This document shows positions 1 through 8,816 of a stretch of DNA of 64,000 bases, one piece after another. Source of the DNA: an uncultured Calditrichaceae bacterium (lineage in GTDB: Bacteria; Calditrichota; Calditrichia; RBG-13-44-9); assembly GCA_964452045.1 (NCBI GenBank), contig CAYVKM010000004.1, forward strand, positions 2,659 through 66,658. Reading direction: 5' to 3'. The notes below the pieces were generated by a model. That model was not told the DNA's origin. It saw only the letters and a program-made list of their open reading frames with translations, and searched no databases. The position numbers were made by a program, and so were the translations under genes. The stretch's first letter is position 1. Every line of letters begins with the position of its first letter.

Positions 1-800
1 TTTGGCAATTCAAATTTCTGGCACCACTCTCTGCTCAAAACACCTGCAATCTGGTCGCTGGTAACAGCCTGGGAATAGAGCCGATTTCTTAAATCGGCAA
101 AATCTGGTGACAAGTGGTGGAGGAATTCCGTATCAGGAAGTCCGCCCCAATCTGGGTGAAACATCGCCTTATGTCCGGCGGCGCAGATATTTCTTTTAAC
201 CTTTCGAACATCATTATTCCCACAGATCAGGGCCGGGATGTAATCGGACAGCTCGAGCCAGGAGTACGCAGTTTTGAAAACTTTGGGGTCGACCTTTAGG
301 CAATGGAAAATTTTAGAAAAAAACCATTCCGAAGAGTAGGCACCCCCGCATTTTTTTAGGTAGGCCGGACGCATTTTGCGCGCCAGGTCAGTAATTTCGG
401 CGGCTTCTGCAGCGGAGGTATGATCCTTCCACAGCCAGGTCTGGGCGTTCAAATTATCTTTGAATTCATCCCGGAATGCCAGCGGGGTAGCTGTTTCATC
501 TACCGGTAGGGGACTGGAACCGGTACCATCTGAACCAATCCCTTTTATATCATCCAAACGAATGCCAACGCTTCTGGCTTTTTTGAGGATCCGGGTGAAG
601 ACCTTTGCAAATGAAACCGAATAATCACCAGGATACTGCCGCGCCAGATGGGGATTTTTGTTATCCAGTAGGACGCCCAATTCACCGCTCTGATAATTCT
701 CGGTTTCACTGACAATTTCCTCACCACTGATCAGATCGAGCAGTAATGCCCGGACGGAATTGGTTCCGAAATCCAGACCAATAGAATAATATGATTTCAT
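1..800 (-). CDS. araB: FGGY-family L-ribulokinase (AraB-like). N-terminal portion only; the C-terminus runs off the window.
   Basis: Reverse-strand translation from ATG at 800-798 gives MKSYYSIGLDFGTNSVRALLLDLISGE. An internal segment AFRDEFKDNLNAQTWLWKDHTSAAEAAEITDLARKMRPAY aligns closely with E. coli AraB ([32 protein letters not shown]). Frame is open to position 1. Confidence 0.8.
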   Translation of the reverse strand, partial: MKSYYSIGLDFGTNSVRALLLDLISGEEIVSETENYQSGELGVLLDNKNPHLARQYPGDYSVSFAKVFTRILKKARSVGIRLDDIKGIGSDGTGSSPLPVDETATPLAFRDEFKDNLNAQTWLWKDHTSAAEAAEITDLARKMRPAYLKKCGGAYSSEWFFSKIFHCLKVDPKVFKTAYSWLELSDYIPALICGNNDVRKVKRNICAAGHKAMFHPDWGGLPDTEFLHHLSPDFADLRNRLYSQAVTSDQIAGVLSREWCQKFELP

Positions 801-808
801 TGTATTTC

Positions 809-1756
809 CTAAATGAATTCCTGTGCGTTACTGGAATCAATTGTCGCGGTTTGCAGGGTTATATTTTTATCTACCGATTCTCCGTTAAGAATTTTCAAGG
901 CCGTCTTGATGGCTTCACCGCCCCCGGTTGGGTAGAGGAAGGTTGCGCTTAGTTCCCCGTTGAGAACGGCCTGTGCTCCGCCTTCCGGACCAGGTAATCC
1001 ATCGATGCCGATGAAGAATATCCCCTGATCCCGATTGGCATTCTTTGCGGCAATATAAGCACCCATGGCCATCGGATCGTTGTGACCATAAACCAGATTT
1101 ATTTTTTCGAACCTTTGCAGGGCATTTTCCATAATTTCTCGTCCTTTGCGCCGCAGCCAAGCGCCATCCTGTTCATAGATAATTTTAATATCCGGATATT
1201 CAGCAATGCCTTTAATAAAACCCTCATGACGTTCGATTGCCGGGGTGGACCCTTTGAGTCCCCAAATCTCTATCACACTTCCTTTTCCGCCAAGTAATTT
1301 TGCTGCGTATTTTCCGGCGGCTTCTCCGATAACTCGGTTATCTGCACCGATAAAACAGGTATATGAGTCCGAAAGGATTTTACGGTCCAGTACAATAACC
1401 GGAATACCTTTAGTAAAAGCTTTTTCAACAACCGCCGTCAGGGGCTGTGCTTCATTGGGGGAAATGATCAATAAATCGATTTCTTTAACAATAAAATTTT
1501 CTACATCAGCGACCTGTTTGGAATTATCCTGCTGGGCGTCTGCTATAATCAATTCAATTTCAGGATGCTGATCTGCCGCTTCCTGCATTTTTTTATTCAT
1601 CGCTTCCCGCCAGGGTTCAGCGCTGTTGCATTGAGAAAATCCAATAATATATTTTTTGTTTTGAGACTTCTGACCGCATGAAATAATATTCATTGCGGTA
1701 AAAATTCCAACGATCAGGATGAGCAGTTTAATTTTCATATTGATTCTCCGCTTCAT
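809..1756 (-). CDS. Periplasmic sugar-binding protein (PBP type I, ribose/arabinose/galactose-binding family). Lipoprotein.
   Basis: 315 aa. N-terminal signal with lipobox-like NIISCGQ. PBP-I fold hallmarks (GFSQCNSAEPW, ADAQQDNSKQ, IGIDGLPGPEGG). No ABC permease or ATPase gene is adjacent. Confidence 0.7.
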   Translation of the reverse strand: MKRRINMKIKLLILIVGIFTAMNIISCGQKSQNKKYIIGFSQCNSAEPWREAMNKKMQEAADQHPEIELIIADAQQDNSKQVADVENFIVKEIDLLIISPNEAQPLTAVVEKAFTKGIPVIVLDRKILSDSYTCFIGADNRVIGEAAGKYAAKLLGGKGSVIEIWGLKGSTPAIERHEGFIKGIAEYPDIKIIYEQDGAWLRRKGREIMENALQRFEKINLVYGHNDPMAMGAYIAAKNANRDQGIFFIGIDGLPGPEGGAQAVLNGELSATFLYPTGGGEAIKTALKILNGESVDKNITLQTATIDSSNAQEFI

Positions 1757-2044
1757 TTAAATGGGATGAACTTTACGCACTGGTAACACAATATTTTCTC
1801 GAGAAACTACGGAAAGATTTTGATAAGAATCTGTGAATTTTCAAAAATACTCAAATTACAGTTTTATAAGAACTTATTACCATAAAATATATAAGTAAAC
1901 AGTCATAAAATCAATATTAAATCCGAAAGTCTGATCTGTCTTAACATTTGTCTGTTTATTATGAAATATTTTCTTTCTATTTACTTGGTATTTAGGTTTT
2001 ATAAATTATTTGTGAACTGAATTGAATGAAGGATCGGTTTAACT

Positions 2045-3019
2045 ATGCAGGATTTTCAGATTATCGTTCCGGGTGGTTTAAATACTGATATAGTTGGGTT
2101 AGGGGTGGAGAGAATTCTGGGACCGGGGGAGTTGACCCTGGGTGGAGAATTAAAAATTGGACCTGGAGGTAAGGCACGGAATATGGCCCAGATGGCTGCC
2201 ACTTACTTGGGAAAAGGTCAAGTGGCGATGATTGGACGGAGCAGCCGCGATCCCTTCGGACTTTGGGAAGTGCCAATTGCCTCCCTTAAAAATGTTGGTG
2301 TTGATATCAGTTTTGTCAAAGTAACCGAATTTAGTGAAAATGGAAATATTTTTCCGGGGATTGCCCTGATTCCAGTGGCCAAAAGCGGGCGAAATCAAAT
2401 TTATGTTTTACCGGGGGTAAACCTGGATTTCAGCCCGGAGGATATTGAGAACGCTTCAATATTATTTCGAAATCCAAGCCGGAAAAAGGTGATGATCCTG
2501 GCCTTGGAAATCCCGCTAGCGACGGCCAAGTCTGCCATCAGGAAAGCTCATGAAAACCATATCCGGATTATCCTGGATCCTGGTGGTATTGAAAAGCCAA
2601 TCGATGATTTGCTGAATGAGAATATCTTTTTAATTAAACCTAATGAGTATGAGGCGGAAATTATTACCGGTATCCGGATCAAGGATTTTGAATCTGCCCG
2701 GCGGTCGGCTCAAAAAATACTCTCCAAAGGTGTACAAAATGTTTTTATCACCCATGGAGATAAAGGCGGATATCTTTTTAATAATCATATTAACCTGATG
2801 ATTCAGATTCCCCAGATTGCAAAAAGCAGAATTCATGATGAGACCGGGTGTGGCGACCAAGTGACCGCTATTTTGGCAGCCTGTCTATCCGAAGACCGAA
2901 GCCTGACTGAATCTGCTGAGATTTCTATTGTAGCCGGTACCCTGCAATTTTACCGGGCCGGGATACAACCGGTAACCCGAACGGACCTAAATAAGTATAT
3001 CGAGACCTCCCAAACATAG
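2045..3019 (+). CDS. PfkB/ribokinase-family carbohydrate kinase
   Basis: 324 aa. N-terminal GGLNTD...GGKARNMA motif and C-terminal DETGCGDQ anion-hole motif typical of the ribokinase/PfkB family. Confidence 0.75.
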   Translation: MQDFQIIVPGGLNTDIVGLGVERILGPGELTLGGELKIGPGGKARNMAQMAATYLGKGQVAMIGRSSRDPFGLWEVPIASLKNVGVDISFVKVTEFSENGNIFPGIALIPVAKSGRNQIYVLPGVNLDFSPEDIENASILFRNPSRKKVMILALEIPLATAKSAIRKAHENHIRIILDPGGIEKPIDDLLNENIFLIKPNEYEAEIITGIRIKDFESARRSAQKILSKGVQNVFITHGDKGGYLFNNHINLMIQIPQIAKSRIHDETGCGDQVTAILAACLSEDRSLTESAEISIVAGTLQFYRAGIQPVTRTDLNKYIETSQT

Positions 3020-3108
3020 ATCTTTGAATGCGTAATATTCGAAAATAATGCTTGATTTTTTCTGTTACCGCTAACATTTTATATTAGTTAAAAGAGAGTC
3101 CTTCACCA

Positions 3109-4656
3109 ATGGAAAATCTCTTTCTGGGCATCGATTCTTCCACCCAAAGTTGTAAAATTATTTGTATCGATTCCGATGAGGGAACGATTGTCTTTCAGGA
3201 TTCGGTAAACTACGACCGGGATTTGCCAGAGTTTGGTACGAAGGACGGCGCTATTCCTTCCCGGGAGCCCGGTGTGTCTGAGGCCGATCCCCGAATGTGG
3301 ATCCGGGCACTGGAATTACTATTTGACCGATTAATAAATATTAAATTTCCGCTGAATTTAATCAAAGCAATTTCTGTCTCCGGGCAGCAGCACGGTCTGG
3401 TTTGTATGGACTCGCAGGGTAATCTTACCCGCAAGACCAGCAAATTATGGAATGATGTTTCCACCAAAGAGGAATGTGAGATTCTGACTGAAGCCGTTGG
3501 TGGCAAACAAGCGATGATCAAGAAAATTGCTAACAGTCAACGACCGGGATATACCGCCAGTAAAATACTAAATTTTTATCACCATGAACCGGAGGCAGCG
3601 GCAAAGACTAAAATATTTTTCCTGGTCCATAACTACCTGAACTGGTTCCTTACCGGCGGGATTGCCCGCATGGAACCGGGGGATGTGTCCGGAATGGCCC
3701 TTTCCTTTCCCGGATCCCACCAGTGGTCGGAAAAAGTCTGCTCGGCCATAGCCCCGGATTTTACCACAAAACTGCCACCAGTACGAAAATCTGATCTGAG
3801 TATCGGTCCAATTTCCGGAAATCTGGTCCAACGATATGGTTTTTCATCCACCTGTCGAATCGATGCAGGTAGTGGTGATAATATGTACGGGGCCATCGGG
3901 ACCGGTAATGTTCGTCCGGGAATTGTTACAATTAGTCTGGGAACCAGCGGTACCGCTTATATCATTCTGGATGAACCCTATGTAGATCCCTTGGGAGAAA
4001 TCGCCCTGTTTTGTGATAGTACCGGTAAATTCATGCCACTGCTTTGTGTCTCAAATATGGCCAATGGTTATAACGATTTATTGCGAATCCATAAATTGGA
4101 TCATGATAAATTTGATCAGTTGCTCAAAAAGACCTCGCCGGGGAACGACGGTAAATTCATCTTCCCCTGGTTTGTCGGGGAACGAACACCGGACCTGCCG
4201 AAAGCCAAACCAATTTTCTGGGGATTTGGTCTGGAGGATTTTCAACTTCAGACCATGTGCCGGGCAGTTCTGGAAGGTCACATTCTGAATTTATTTGATG
4301 GTTATCGGCGCCTGCCGGTGAATTCACGTGAGATCAGATTGACCGGTGGGTTGAGTAATTCTGACAGCTGGTGTCAAACGATTGCCGATATTTTTGATTG
4401 CGAAACTGTACCGGTTAAAGGCGAAGGAGCAGCTCTGGGAGCCGCCTTACACGCAGCCTGGGTTTACTTTAAGGAAAACAACAATCAGGACAGACTAGAT
4501 GAGCTGGTTGACGGATTTGTCATTCTGGATAAAGGTCGCCGAAAAAAACCAGTAAATGCAGGAGCTTATCAGAATTTAAAAAAAGTCTATAGCGAAGCAA
4601 GCCGCCGACTCCGGCAGGGTAGTGGGGATATTGATCCATTCTTACAAGTCTTATAA
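3109..4656 (+). CDS. FGGY-family carbohydrate kinase, xylulokinase-like
   Basis: 515 aa. N-terminal LGIDSSTQSCK phosphate-1 motif and GTSGT motif in the second FGGY domain. Substrate not assignable from sequence. Confidence 0.7.
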   Translation: MENLFLGIDSSTQSCKIICIDSDEGTIVFQDSVNYDRDLPEFGTKDGAIPSREPGVSEADPRMWIRALELLFDRLINIKFPLNLIKAISVSGQQHGLVCMDSQGNLTRKTSKLWNDVSTKEECEILTEAVGGKQAMIKKIANSQRPGYTASKILNFYHHEPEAAAKTKIFFLVHNYLNWFLTGGIARMEPGDVSGMALSFPGSHQWSEKVCSAIAPDFTTKLPPVRKSDLSIGPISGNLVQRYGFSSTCRIDAGSGDNMYGAIGTGNVRPGIVTISLGTSGTAYIILDEPYVDPLGEIALFCDSTGKFMPLLCVSNMANGYNDLLRIHKLDHDKFDQLLKKTSPGNDGKFIFPWFVGERTPDLPKAKPIFWGFGLEDFQLQTMCRAVLEGHILNLFDGYRRLPVNSREIRLTGGLSNSDSWCQTIADIFDCETVPVKGEGAALGAALHAAWVYFKENNNQDRLDELVDGFVILDKGRRKKPVNAGAYQNLKKVYSEASRRLRQGSGDIDPFLQVL

Positions 4657-4679
4657 AGATAAAATAAAGGGAGATATTA

Positions 4680-5222
4680 GTGAAATTATCAGAGGCGAAG
4701 GAATTAAGGGAAAAAACATATCAGATGCTCCGGGAAGCGAATATCGTAATCTCTCCCGAAGAAAGGGCAAATATCGAGATCGCTGATTTTGGACTGGACG
4801 ACATAAACAATATGGGCTTACAGCTGGTGGTGTATGAAAATAATGACCGTTATTGCGCCAAGGAACTAGTACTGTTTCCCCGGCAAACCTGTCCGGAACA
4901 CCGGCATCCGCCATTAAGTCATCAGAACATCGGAAAACAGGAAACCTTTCGGTGTCGTTGGGGTGAGGTATACCTCTATCTGGATGGCGAGCCAACCAAA
5001 GATCCAAAAGCGGTAATTCCTAGGAAATATAAAGATTATTTCCAGGTTTGGAAGGAAATCATTCTAAAACCGGGTGATCAGTTTACTTTGCCTCCCAACA
5101 CCAAGCACTGGTTCCAAGCCGGGGATAATGGGGCGATTGTCTCGGAATTTTCTTCTACCAGCAGCGATGAGATGGACATTTTTACCGATCCGAATATAAA
5201 CCGACTTCCGGTTTACGAATAA
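4680..5222 (+). CDS. D-lyxose/D-mannose ketol-isomerase (cupin, YdaE-like)
   Basis: 180 aa, GTG start preceded by an AGGGAG ribosome-binding site. Aligns with B. subtilis YdaE along almost its full length (RYCAKELVLFPxQTCPEHRHPP...GKQETFRCRxGxVYLY...PPNTKHWFQAG...STSxDxxDIFTDP). Confidence 0.85.
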   Translation: MKLSEAKELREKTYQMLREANIVISPEERANIEIADFGLDDINNMGLQLVVYENNDRYCAKELVLFPRQTCPEHRHPPLSHQNIGKQETFRCRWGEVYLYLDGEPTKDPKAVIPRKYKDYFQVWKEIILKPGDQFTLPPNTKHWFQAGDNGAIVSEFSSTSSDEMDIFTDPNINRLPVYE

Positions 5223-5245
5223 ATCGTTCTATACAGGTTTACTAG

Positions 5246-6415
5246 ATGGAAGAAGAGTGGACAGCAAAAAAAAGGTTTATCGCCGCTTTGGAAAGGCGAA
5301 AGGCGGACCGATTACCCGCAACAACCCACCATGTGATGCCTTATTTTCTGGAAAAATACATGGATGGGATCCCATACCAAAAATTCTTCGATCACTTTGG
5401 ATTGGATCCTATCAATTGGGTGGTTGCCCAGCGACCCAACCAGGAGAATAGCGAATATTATGATCCTACCCAGAAAGAATTTGGTTTTCTGGAACCTCAA
5501 CGTATCTGTTCCGATAATTGGCGAATTAGACCGGAAATTGTCTCCGATCCCGATTATAAGACCATCCTGTACAATATCGAAACACCTCAAAAAACCCTTT
5601 CCATGATCCTGCAAAGTAATAATTACACAACCTGGGTTTCTAAACGTTTGATTGAACAGAAAGGTGACATAGACATCCTGGCCAAGTACGGAACCATGCC
5701 GTTGTGTGATGTGGAAAAGGTTAATACTGAGGCGGTTAAATTTGGTGAGCGTGGATTGATCCGTGGATTTATCCCTGGTTTTGATATTTATGGTCAGTCC
5801 GGTTGCTGGCAGGATGCAGCTGTCCTTTATGGAGTGGAACAGCTCATTATGGAAACTTTCTACGATCCGCAATGGGTGCATGCTTTCATGAAAATTTTGC
5901 AGGAGCGAAAAAGGACTTATTTGGTCTCCATAAAAGGTGCCCGGTTTGATGTGATTGAGCATGGAGGTGGTGACGCCTCTTCTACTGTAATTTCTCCGGA
6001 AATTCTGGAAACCTTTGTCCTGCCATATGATGCAGAACTAACCGACCTGGCGCACCGGATGGGTCAGCGGGTGGTATACCATACCTGTGGTGGCATGATG
6101 CCCTTCCTGGAAATGATTGCGGCCACTAAACCGGATGCGATGGAAACGTTTACGCCATCTTCCATGGGTGGAGATACCGTTCTGAAAGAAGCAAAGCGGA
6201 GAATTGGAAACCGGGTCTGTATGATCGGCGGTTTTGACCAATTTCATTATTTCCAGGATTGCTCTCCGGATGAAACCAGAAAGGCAGTCCGACAATGTTT
6301 TGAGGATGCCGGGGAAGGGGGTGGATTTATTCTAGCTCCCTCGGACCACTTTTTTGATGCTGATACCCAGCTCATCGCAGCCTTTGCTGATGAAGCAAAG
6401 AAATGCCGTTATTGA
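5246..6415 (+). CDS. Uroporphyrinogen-decarboxylase (URO-D)/MtaA-family protein, paralog 1
   Basis: 389 aa. URO-D-like N-terminus (KKRFIAALERRKADRLP). C-terminal HTCGG...GNRVCMIGGFDQ...GGGFILAPS pattern as in MtaA/URO-D TIM barrels. Confidence 0.6.
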   Translation: MEEEWTAKKRFIAALERRKADRLPATTHHVMPYFLEKYMDGIPYQKFFDHFGLDPINWVVAQRPNQENSEYYDPTQKEFGFLEPQRICSDNWRIRPEIVSDPDYKTILYNIETPQKTLSMILQSNNYTTWVSKRLIEQKGDIDILAKYGTMPLCDVEKVNTEAVKFGERGLIRGFIPGFDIYGQSGCWQDAAVLYGVEQLIMETFYDPQWVHAFMKILQERKRTYLVSIKGARFDVIEHGGGDASSTVISPEILETFVLPYDAELTDLAHRMGQRVVYHTCGGMMPFLEMIAATKPDAMETFTPSSMGGDTVLKEAKRRIGNRVCMIGGFDQFHYFQDCSPDETRKAVRQCFEDAGEGGGFILAPSDHFFDADTQLIAAFADEAKKCRY

Positions 6416-6475
6416 AAAATTTTTGATGAGGGTGAACTCTTCCTCCAAAACATACCCTAGTGTTAGTAAACTAGT

Positions 6476-7651
6476 TTGATTCAAAATAATATTACCATGA
6501 AAAAAATTATTGAGATTGCCGTACCTATTGAAGAAATTGAGAAACGCAAGGAAAGAGTCACCCGGGCAAAGAACTTTCAAACACCGGACCGGGTACCGGT
6601 TATTCCGGCGATTGCCCATCGTTTTCTGGTGCCGCAGGTTGGTGTAAAATTTCGGGATTATTATGACGATCCGGAAACCATGCTGCGTACCCAGATTTTG
6701 GCGCAAAAATGGCTCCTGGAAAATATCAGGACCGATGCCTATAGCATTACTGGTGCCTGGGTAGGTGCCTGGACAGATTTTCAAAATTCTTTTGAGGCGG
6801 GAAGCCTTGGATGTGAGGTGGTTTTTCCGGAGAATGATATTCCCTGGGTCGGAGAAAGTTGGGTTAAAGAGGATCGGGATCTGAAAAAACTGGAAGCATT
6901 CGATTTCGTCCATACCGGTTTGAATGCCCGCCAGATTAACTACCGGAATCAAATGATTGAAGTTGCTGAGAAATATCCGGTTCGGTTCCAGGGAGGCGAA
7001 GTGTTTTATCCCGGAGAAACTCCCAACCTTACCCATACCTCGGACGGACCTTTTGGCGTGGCTGGAGATGTGATGGGAATAACTGAAATTTTTACTGCAG
7101 TATCCGAACGACCTGATTTTGTAAGGGAAGTTATGCGAATCGTGACGGATAAATTGATTGAATATCTGGATTTCTGCTGGGAGGAAGAAGGTTTGTCGGT
7201 GCCAAAGGATTTTGCCTGGACTGATGATCTGGCAGTTTCGCTTTCCGAGGAGATGTACCGGGATCTGGTTCTACCATTTGAAAAAAAATTGCGTTTCAAT
7301 TTTGATGGTTACTTAAGCTTGCATATGTGCGGTAAGTCAGATCACTTGTTAAAAACATTCCGCGACGAACTGCAGATTCATGAGCTTCAGGGATTCGGTT
7401 ACCAGGTGGATCTGGATTATATTGCCTCAGTGATGGGTGGAAAGGTAGTTCTTATCGGTAATGTCGATCCAATGTTGATTCATTCCGGAACCCCGGATGA
7501 AGTGATGGAAGCCTCCCGGAAAGTGATCGAGAAACTGTCACCTTTCAAGGGATTTATCCTGCAGGATGGGAATAACATTCCGCCCGGCACACCCATCGAT
7601 AATATAAACGCCATGATGGAGGCAGCAGAAAAATATGGCGTTTTTGAATAA
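6476..7651 (+). CDS. URO-D/MtaA-family protein, paralog 2
   Basis: 391 aa. TPDRVPVIPA N-terminal motif, LHMCGKSDHLL motif, C-terminal GNVDP...ILQDGNNIPPGTP. Confidence 0.6.
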   Translation: MIQNNITMKKIIEIAVPIEEIEKRKERVTRAKNFQTPDRVPVIPAIAHRFLVPQVGVKFRDYYDDPETMLRTQILAQKWLLENIRTDAYSITGAWVGAWTDFQNSFEAGSLGCEVVFPENDIPWVGESWVKEDRDLKKLEAFDFVHTGLNARQINYRNQMIEVAEKYPVRFQGGEVFYPGETPNLTHTSDGPFGVAGDVMGITEIFTAVSERPDFVREVMRIVTDKLIEYLDFCWEEEGLSVPKDFAWTDDLAVSLSEEMYRDLVLPFEKKLRFNFDGYLSLHMCGKSDHLLKTFRDELQIHELQGFGYQVDLDYIASVMGGKVVLIGNVDPMLIHSGTPDEVMEASRKVIEKLSPFKGFILQDGNNIPPGTPIDNINAMMEAAEKYGVFE

Positions 7652-7690
7652 AAGCAGTTTTAAGGCAAACATCAGGATTTTCTTCCAAGA

Positions 7691-8815
7691 ATGATAAATA
7701 CTATTCAACAAACAAAAGACTTTTTAACACGGCTCTGGCGAATGGAAAACGAGGAGCGTCCGGGATATGTGTTGAGTTATCTCGGTCCGGAGGTCGGGGG
7801 AGGCCCGGTAGTAAGAAGTGCCCTTTTTTCGACCGAGGGTAAAGATACGGTGCGGGACAGGCTGCTTAATCCCGGTAAATATTTGCAGGCCCAACTGGAC
7901 GAAATAGAAGATCAGTTAAAACTCCGGGGAGATTTTATACCCAGCCTTTGCCCGTCACTCGGTGTTATTGCGATTGCTTCTGCCTTTGGTTGTGAGGTGG
8001 TCTGGTGGGAAAAGGATTTTCCCGCGGTAAAACCCATTATGGAAGGGGAATTGGAGGAAGTACAAGATTTGTCCAAACCGGATCTCACTGCCGGTGAACT
8101 TGGCAGAATTCTGGATTACACCCATTTTTTTATTGAGGAAACCAGCAGCGAATATCCGATCCGGCTTACGGATATCCAGGGACCTTTGGATAATGCCGGA
8201 CTTATTATGGGGCATAACAATCTTCTGACTGCCATGCTGTCCCATCCGTCAGCAGTCCATCATCTGATGGATCTGGTAACCGATCTCATGATTGATTTTA
8301 TTAAGGCCCAGCGGGAAATTGTATACAAAGCAGGGATTGATTTCGTTCCGGCCATGTTTCTGCCCTGGATGCCGGATGGACTGGGAGTTGCAATTTCCAA
8401 TGACGACTGGGTAATGATTTCTCCTGAGATGCACAATGAATTTCATCTCCCTTACCTGAACCGGCTCTCGGAAGAGTTTGGTGGGATTTACCTCCATTCC
8501 TGCGGAAACTGGCAGCATCAGATTTCCAGCATAAAGAAGATATATCAACTTCGTGGACTGGAATTTGGGGCAAGCGAGACCCCGCCTGAAGCTGTTTTTG
8601 GCGCGTTCAATGGGAAAATCGTCTTAGCCTGCCGGGTGGGATTTAACCGGGATTATCCTTTCGCCGGGATGGCGGATTTTGTTCGGCGCATTCTGAAAAC
8701 CCGGAAAACCAATCGCGGTCTATTTATCAATATTGATGTGACAAATGGGCTTACCGACCATAATTGGCCGGAAACTGATATCGGCGAAATCTACCAATTA
8801 CTGGGAGTGGAATAG
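7691..8815 (+). CDS. URO-D/MtaA-family protein, paralog 3
   Basis: 374 aa. LHSCGNWQH motif and overall length and pattern shared with the neighbouring paralogs. Confidence 0.55.
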   Translation: MINTIQQTKDFLTRLWRMENEERPGYVLSYLGPEVGGGPVVRSALFSTEGKDTVRDRLLNPGKYLQAQLDEIEDQLKLRGDFIPSLCPSLGVIAIASAFGCEVVWWEKDFPAVKPIMEGELEEVQDLSKPDLTAGELGRILDYTHFFIEETSSEYPIRLTDIQGPLDNAGLIMGHNNLLTAMLSHPSAVHHLMDLVTDLMIDFIKAQREIVYKAGIDFVPAMFLPWMPDGLGVAISNDDWVMISPEMHNEFHLPYLNRLSEEFGGIYLHSCGNWQHQISSIKKIYQLRGLEFGASETPPEAVFGAFNGKIVLACRVGFNRDYPFAGMADFVRRILKTRKTNRGLFINIDVTNGLTDHNWPETDIGEIYQLLGVE

Positions 8816-8816
8816 A

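Noticed and set aside
5312-7036. Long antisense ORFs (216 aa at 5312-5962 and 234 aa at 6332-7036, minus strand) inside URO-D paralogs 1 and 2.
   Set aside because: They lie entirely within confidently assigned plus-strand genes. They have no recognisable motifs and their composition mirrors the sense strand. They are ordinary shadow ORFs.
8745-8816. A 24-codon N-terminal extension of the GH31 ORF overlapping the preceding URO-D gene.
   Set aside because: An in-frame ATG at 8817 lies just after the upstream stop. The extension has no signal-peptide character. It is most likely a start-site artefact.
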